A stretch of DNA of 64,000 nt from Vicinamibacteria bacterium. GTDB taxonomy: Bacteria; Acidobacteriota; Vicinamibacteria; Marinacidobacterales; Marinacidobacteraceae. The stretch is from contig OZ241322.1 in assembly GCA_965199715.1 (NCBI GenBank), forward strand, positions 1,310,824-1,374,823. The letters are read 5' to 3'. Position 1 is the first letter of the stretch, and every line of letters begins with the position of its first letter. The notes under the pieces were generated by a model, which was not told where the DNA came from, did not search any database, and was given only the letters and a program-made list of their open reading frames with translations. Below, one piece after another: positions 59,351-64,000 of this stretch. A program made the translations under genes and the position numbers.

Positions 59351-60383
59351 ATTCCTCGGCCAGCTTCTCGATCCGTTCGGCCACGTCCTCGCCGCCGAAC
59401 TCCTTCAGCAGCGGCGCAAGGCCGGCGAGGCGCATTCCCAGCACCATCTTGCGCAGGGGCTCGGGCTCGATCTCGTCGATCCAGTCCCACCAGCCGATGA
59501 CGTGCCGCGCCATGTCCTCCTTGCCGCTCGCCCGGAAACTGACGGTGAAGGAACCGTCGTCGTTCCGGGTCGCGGTCTGCGACGGATGGAACTCCCAATC
59601 GTGCGGCGAGGGCGCGTCGCTGCGGAACCGCCATCTCACGTCGCTGGCCTCGGCGTCCTCGAAGCTCCCGAACAGGTTCCGGACGTAGTTCTGGAATGGC
59701 CTGGGGTCGATGGAGCAGGTTTTCTCCGTGACTTCGAGGTTCTCCATCCGGTCGAGGCGGTACTGACGCAACCCCTTCCCGCCCAGCTTCCCGACGAGCC
59801 GGGTGGCGCCGCCGAAGAGGATGCCCCGGGGCTCCACTTCGTGGGTCCGGAGTTGGCCCTTGCGGTTCGTGTACCGGAACCGGACCACGCGGAGCTGGTC
59901 GAAGGCCTCGAAGAGGCGCGTCTTGATCTCGGACGCGATCGGGATCCTGGGACCGGGCCGGGAGGCGAACCCGAGCGTCTCGAACAGGTCGTCGATGTCC
60001 CGCTGCAACTTGGCGAAACGGTTTTGCTCCTCCGTCCGACGGATCGCCTCCTCGATCTTCTTGCCGAGAGACTCGATCCCCTCGGCGGCGTCCTCGAGAT
60101 TCTGCGCGCGCAGCTTCTTGGCCGCGATCCGGAGCGCCACCATCTCCTGCCGCGTCGGGTTCTGGTCGAACAGGAAGTGATCCCGGTTCAGCCGGAAGGT
60201 CGACTTCCCCTCCGCGTTGACCTGGACGTCGAGCGATCCGGGGAAACGCTCCGCGAGCGTCTTGATCCAGCGCTGGATCGTGCGCCGGTCGCGCTTCGAC
60301 TCCGCCTGGAGCGTCGCGTAGGTGTGCCTGCCGGAACTCAGCGTCCCGATCAGGCTGATTGCGCGCTCCAGTGCGTCCGCCAC
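59316..60383 (-). CDS. WYL-domain transcriptional regulator (YafY-like: N-terminal HTH, central WYL, C-terminal WCX)
   Basis: 355 aa, GTG start; HTH region TLQAESKRDRRTIQRWIKTLAE; WYL-like core (RFRYTNRKGQLRTHEVEPRGILF); GC lower than core genome. Confidence 0.7.
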   Translation of the reverse strand: MADALERAISLIGTLSSGRHTYATLQAESKRDRRTIQRWIKTLAERFPGSLDVQVNAEGKSTFRLNRDHFLFDQNPTRQEMVALRIAAKKLRAQNLEDAAEGIESLGKKIEEAIRRTEEQNRFAKLQRDIDDLFETLGFASRPGPRIPIASEIKTRLFEAFDQLRVVRFRYTNRKGQLRTHEVEPRGILFGGATRLVGKLGGKGLRQYRLDRMENLEVTEKTCSIDPRPFQNYVRNLFGSFEDAEASDVRWRFRSDAPSPHDWEFHPSQTATRNDDGSFTVSFRASGKEDMARHVIGWWDWIDEIEPEPLRKMVLGMRLAGLAPLLKEFGGEDVAERIEKLAEEFSRKTVTQPGS

Positions 60384-60418
60384 GCCCGTATCCTACGATC
60401 CCGGCCGCCGAACGATTC

Positions 60419-61465
60419 GTGCTTCCTCTCTCCACGCGGCCGCTCGTCCTGCTCGGGATGGGCGCCGTCCATCAGGCGCTGCTTCGCATCCTCGGCTTCC
60501 GGGAGCGGCTCCTCGCCGAGCGTTACGGCGTCCGCCTGCCCGTCGTCGCGTGCGCGGACAGCGGCGGATTCGTGCGGGGGCCGGACGACGGCGGCCCTCC
60601 GGCCGGAGACCTGCTGCGGGCGAAGGCGCGCGGCGTCACGCTGCGGGACATTCCGGGCGCGAGCCCCGTTTCCCTCGCCGACGCGCTGGATCGCGCCGGG
60701 CGCTCCGCGATCCTCCTCGACGCCGCGCCCATGGACCTGGAGGGAGGGCCCGGCCTCGAAGCCGCCGTCCTCGCGCTCGGAACCGGCCGCTCGGCGGTCT
60801 TCGCCAACAAGTCGGCGGTCGCCTTCGACTTCGACCGGCTGGAGGCGCTCGCGCGCGCTTCGGGAGCCGGAATGGGCTGGAGCGCGACCGTCTGCGGAGG
60901 GCTGCCGGTCGTGAATCTGGGCCGGCGCGAGCTCGTCGCCGCCCGCTTCCGCCGGGTGCGCGGCGTCTTCAACTCCACGAGCAACCTGGTGCTCGACCGG
61001 ATGGCCGGGGGCCTCTCGCTCGAAGCCGCGATCGCCGAGGCGAAGGCCCGCGGGATCGCCGAGGCGGACCCGACGAACGACCTGAACGGGACGGACACGG
61101 CGCTCAAGCTCGTGATCCTCGCCCGCACCGTCCTCGGCGTTCCGGCGACCTTCGCGTCGGTCGAACGCTCGGGGGTGGAGGACGCGCCCGACGCGCCGGA
61201 GGGGACCGCGCTGCGTCTCCTGGGAGAGGCCGACGCCGACGGGAAGCTGCGGGTGTTCCCGGCGGCGCTCCCCCGGGACAGTTTCCTCGGCGGCATCGGA
61301 CCGCTCGACATGGCCGTCGAATGGGAGACCGACCTCTTCGAGACGCACCGGTTCGCCGCCACCGAATCGGACGCCGCACCCACCGCCGCCGCCGTCCTGC
61401 GGGACACCGTCCACATCGCGCTCGGCCTCGCGGCGGGCCCATCGCTCAGAATCCCGGCCGCATGA
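60419..61465 (+). CDS. Homoserine dehydrogenase family protein (no ACT domain)
   Basis: GTG start (residue 21 of track ORF 60359..61465) placed before Rossmann motif LLGMGAV; C-terminal homoserine-DH catalytic domain (NSTSNLVLDRM, EADPTNDLNGTDTALK). Confidence 0.6.
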   Translation: MLPLSTRPLVLLGMGAVHQALLRILGFRERLLAERYGVRLPVVACADSGGFVRGPDDGGPPAGDLLRAKARGVTLRDIPGASPVSLADALDRAGRSAILLDAAPMDLEGGPGLEAAVLALGTGRSAVFANKSAVAFDFDRLEALARASGAGMGWSATVCGGLPVVNLGRRELVAARFRRVRGVFNSTSNLVLDRMAGGLSLEAAIAEAKARGIAEADPTNDLNGTDTALKLVILARTVLGVPATFASVERSGVEDAPDAPEGTALRLLGEADADGKLRVFPAALPRDSFLGGIGPLDMAVEWETDLFETHRFAATESDAAPTAAAVLRDTVHIALGLAAGPSLRIPAA

Positions 61466-62673
61466 CCCGAACGATCTCGCGCCGCGCCGTCGTCGGCGGC
61501 CTCGCCGCGGCGACCTCGGCCCGCTGGCTCCCGAGCGCCGCCCGCCAGCGCGGCCCGCGGATCGTCGTGGTGGGCGCGGGGGCGTTCGGCGGCTGGACCG
61601 CGCTCCAGCTCCTCCGCCGGGGAGCGCGGGTGACGCTCCTCGACGCCTGGGGGCCGGGCAACTCGCGGGCGAGTTCCGGCGGCGAGACGCGGGTGATCCG
61701 GGCGACCTACGGCCCCCACCGCATTTACAGCGAAATGGTCGCCCGCGCGCTCGATCTCTGGCGCGAGAGCGAGACCGCGTGGGGCGAGCCGCTCTTCTTT
61801 CGCACCGGCGCGCTGTGGATGAGCGACGGGCAGGACGACTACGCCCGGCAGGCGGCGCCCATCCTGAGCGACCTCGGCCTCGGCTACGAGGAGATGGACG
61901 GCGCCGGAATCGCCCGCCGCTTCCCGGCGATCCACGCCGGGGACCTCGTCTACGCGCTCTTCGAGGAGGGGGCCGGATACCTGCTCGCCCGCCGGGGGTG
62001 CCAGGCGGTGCTGCGCGCCTTTCGCGCCGAGGGCGGCGAGTACCGGCAGGTCGAGGCGGCGCCCGGGCCGATCCGCTCCGGCGCGATGGAAACGGTCGCG
62101 ATCACCGGGGCCGACGCGATTCCCGCCGACCAGTTCGTGTTCGCGGGCGGGCCGTGGCTCTCGCGGATGTTCCCCGGGTTCGATCCGCCGCTCGTCGGCC
62201 CCACCCGGCAGGAGATCCTCTACTTCGGGACCCCGCCCGGACGCGCCGACCTCGCCGAGGGCGCGCTTCCGGTGTGGGTCGAGAGCGGAACCCGCCTCTT
62301 CTACGGGGTTCCCGGCAGCGAGTACCGCGGCTTCAAGGTCGCGGACGACTCGCGTGGCGCGCCGTTCGATCCGACGGACGGCGATCGCACCCCTTCCGCC
62401 GAGGCGATCCGGCGCGCCCGCGAGTACATGGAGTTCCGGTTTCCGGCGATGCGGGGCGCGCCGCTGCTGGAGGCGCGGGTGTGCCCGTACGAGCAGAGCC
62501 ACGACGGCCACCTGATCGCGGACACGCATCCCGACGCGGACAACGTCTGGCTCCTCGGGGGCGGCTCCGGCCACGGCTACAAGCTGGGACCGGCGCTCGG
62601 CGAGATGGCGGCGCGGCAGATCCTCGGCGAGGCGGCGAAGGAGCCCTTCTTCGGGCTCGCCCGGTTCGCCTGA
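61462..62673 (+). CDS. FAD-dependent oxidoreductase (DAO family, sarcosine/D-amino-acid oxidase-like) with twin-arginine signal
   Basis: ATG overlapping upstream stop (ATGA); Tat motif SRRAVVGGLAAA; GxGxxG IVVVGAGAFGG; first 380 codons of track ORF 60322..62673 are spurious. Confidence 0.7.
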   Translation: MTRTISRRAVVGGLAAATSARWLPSAARQRGPRIVVVGAGAFGGWTALQLLRRGARVTLLDAWGPGNSRASSGGETRVIRATYGPHRIYSEMVARALDLWRESETAWGEPLFFRTGALWMSDGQDDYARQAAPILSDLGLGYEEMDGAGIARRFPAIHAGDLVYALFEEGAGYLLARRGCQAVLRAFRAEGGEYRQVEAAPGPIRSGAMETVAITGADAIPADQFVFAGGPWLSRMFPGFDPPLVGPTRQEILYFGTPPGRADLAEGALPVWVESGTRLFYGVPGSEYRGFKVADDSRGAPFDPTDGDRTPSAEAIRRAREYMEFRFPAMRGAPLLEARVCPYEQSHDGHLIADTHPDADNVWLLGGGSGHGYKLGPALGEMAARQILGEAAKEPFFGLARFA

Positions 62674-62674
62674 T

Positions 62675-63358
62675 TCAGCGCTTCGGCGGGCGGCTGGGAC
62701 GCATCTCGATGCGGCTCATGAGCGCCTGTCCGCGCTGGCGGCAGATCGCGAGCACCGCGTCGGCCACGTCCTCGGGAGCGAGCTTCCAGTCCGCGCCATC
62801 GTCCGGAGACCGCCCGGCGAACCCGGTGGCGACGCTGCCGGGCATCACCGTGGCGACGCGGATCCCCGAGTCGCGCAGATCCAGCATCATCGCCTCGGCC
62901 ATGCCGAGCAGGCCGAACTTGGAGGCGTTGTAGGCGGTCCCGCCGGCGAACGGATGCCGCCCGGCGAGGCTCCCCACGTGGATCACGGTCGCGGGCCGGG
63001 ACAGGCGCGGCAGCGCGGCGCGGGTCACCCGGTACGCGCCGACGAGGTTCGTTTCGACCACGTCGCGGAACTCTTCGACTCCGAGCTCGGTCATCGGCCG
63101 GTAGATCCCGAGCCCGGCGTTGTTGACGAGCACGTCGATCCGGCCCGGGAGCGCGGCCGCGACGCTCCCGTCGTCCCGCACGTCGCACCCGACCCCGACG
63201 GCGCCGATCTCCTCCGCCGCCCGCCGCGCCTCGTCGGCGCGGGTTCCGGTGAGGACGACGCGCATCCCCTCCCCGACGAAGGCCGCCGCGATCGCGCGTC
63301 CGATCCCGCGGGTTGCGCCGGTGACGAACGCGGTCCGGCCGAACAGCTCGTCGCTCAG
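62675..63358 (-). CDS. Short-chain dehydrogenase/reductase (SDR) lacking a canonical start codon
   Basis: Track ORF starts at internal ATG, but the Rossmann motif TAFVTGATRGIGRAIA lies 31 codons upstream in frame; only in-frame initiator candidate is CTG overlapping the upstream gene stop (CTGA); NNAG and YNASK catalytic motifs present. Confidence 0.5.
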   Translation of the reverse strand: MSDELFGRTAFVTGATRGIGRAIAAAFVGEGMRVVLTGTRADEARRAAEEIGAVGVGCDVRDDGSVAAALPGRIDVLVNNAGLGIYRPMTELGVEEFRDVVETNLVGAYRVTRAALPRLSRPATVIHVGSLAGRHPFAGGTAYNASKFGLLGMAEAMMLDLRDSGIRVATVMPGSVATGFAGRSPDDGADWKLAPEDVADAVLAICRQRGQALMSRIEMRPSRPPKR

Positions 63359-64000
63359 GGCCGCTTCACCACGGTTCCGCCGCGCATCACGAAGCGGACG
63401 TCCTCCATGGCCCGGATGGACCGGAGCGGGTCGCCGGGCACGGCGATGACGTCCGCCGCGTAGCCCGGGGCGAGCCGGCCGATCTCGTCCTCGAGGCCGA
63501 GCACCCGCGCCGGGACGATCATGGCGGACTGGAGCGCGCGGACCGGATCGAGGCCAAGCCCCACCATGACCGCGAACTCGCGCGCGGCGGTGTCGTGGGG
63601 AAAGATCGTGTCCGAGCCGAACGCGATCATCACCCCCGCCTCGATGGCCGCCCCGATGCGTTCGTCGCGCTGGCGGATGATCGACCGCGCCTTGTCGATG
63701 CTCTCCCGCGGAAACCCGATCGCCTCCCCTTCCTCAAGGATGTAGTTCATGACGTAGAGCGTCGGGACGATGGGGATTCCGCGCTCGCGGAAGAGCCGGA
63801 TTCCCTCGTCGTCCACGAGCGTGGCGTGCTCGATCGAGTCCACCCCGGCGCGCAGCGCGGTGTTGATCCCCGCCGCCCCGTGGGCGTGCACGGTGATCCT
63901 CTTGCCGTGCCGGTGTACCTCCTCGACCGCGGCCGTGACCTCCTCGAGCGTGTAGGTGCTCACGTTCGGGTCGTCGCCCGCCGACATCACGCCTCCGGTC
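63355..64000 (-). CDS. Amidohydrolase family protein, C-terminal part (5' end beyond window)
   Basis: Frame open to the window edge; metal-dependent hydrolase C-terminal motifs (ITVHAHG, AFGSDTIFPHD). Confidence 0.6.
   Translation of the reverse strand, partial: TGGVMSAGDDPNVSTYTLEEVTAAVEEVHRHGKRITVHAHGAAGINTALRAGVDSIEHATLVDDEGIRLFRERGIPIVPTLYVMNYILEEGEAIGFPRESIDKARSIIRQRDERIGAAIEAGVMIAFGSDTIFPHDTAAREFAVMVGLGLDPVRALQSAMIVPARVLGLEDEIGRLAPGYAADVIAVPGDPLRSIRAMEDVRFVMRGGTVVKRP

Overview
High-GC (about 70%) bacterial chromosomal segment, tightly packed with housekeeping genes; many stop/start overlaps (ATGA/GTGA/TGATG) indicate translational coupling. Gene content in order: DmpA-family peptidase, succinate-semialdehyde dehydrogenase, TenA, a DASS transporter, a large PIG-L deacetylase/ThuA-like exported protein, a mini-protein+SSF symporter+ClC/CBS channel operon, dtd, a DsbA-like lipoprotein, a PPOX-class flavoprotein, amidohydrolases, yjbQ, glcDEF, qor, uvrC, and a trpS-scpA-scpB-(rluB::cmk fusion) operon. 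Immediately after cmk sits a roughly 3-kb lower-GC island encoding a complete EcoRII/SsoII-like Type II restriction-modification system: a C5-cytosine methyltransferase with an N-terminal HTH, a Vsr very-short-patch repair endonuclease, and an EcoRII-like restriction endonuclease. A 15-bp palindromic operator-like site lies just upstream of the methyltransferase start. Downstream are cdnL, plsC, gpmA, a flotillin-like gene, an amt-glnK-glnA operon, an ssrA (tmRNA) gene that the ORF track misses, a lytic transglycosylase, an aminotransferase, several secreted hydrolases/peptidases, a multicopper oxidase, a 2OG-oxygenase+M19 dipeptidase pair, a TPR+VWA pair, an sdhC-sdhA-sdhB operon with an extra coupled small membrane protein, an OMP, and pcm. 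A second lower-GC patch (58.5-60.4 kb) holds a frameshift-decayed gene of unknown function convergent with a WYL-domain transcriptional regulator; it is the least explained locus in the window. It is followed by a homoserine-dehydrogenase-like gene, a Tat-signal FAD oxidoreductase, an SDR gene with no canonical start codon, and a partial amidohydrolase. There is no CRISPR array, transposase or integrase. Coordinates come from the ORF track; starts placed inside track ORFs were derived by residue offset from the ORF start, which is also how the track ORFs beginning with GTG/TTG were identified.
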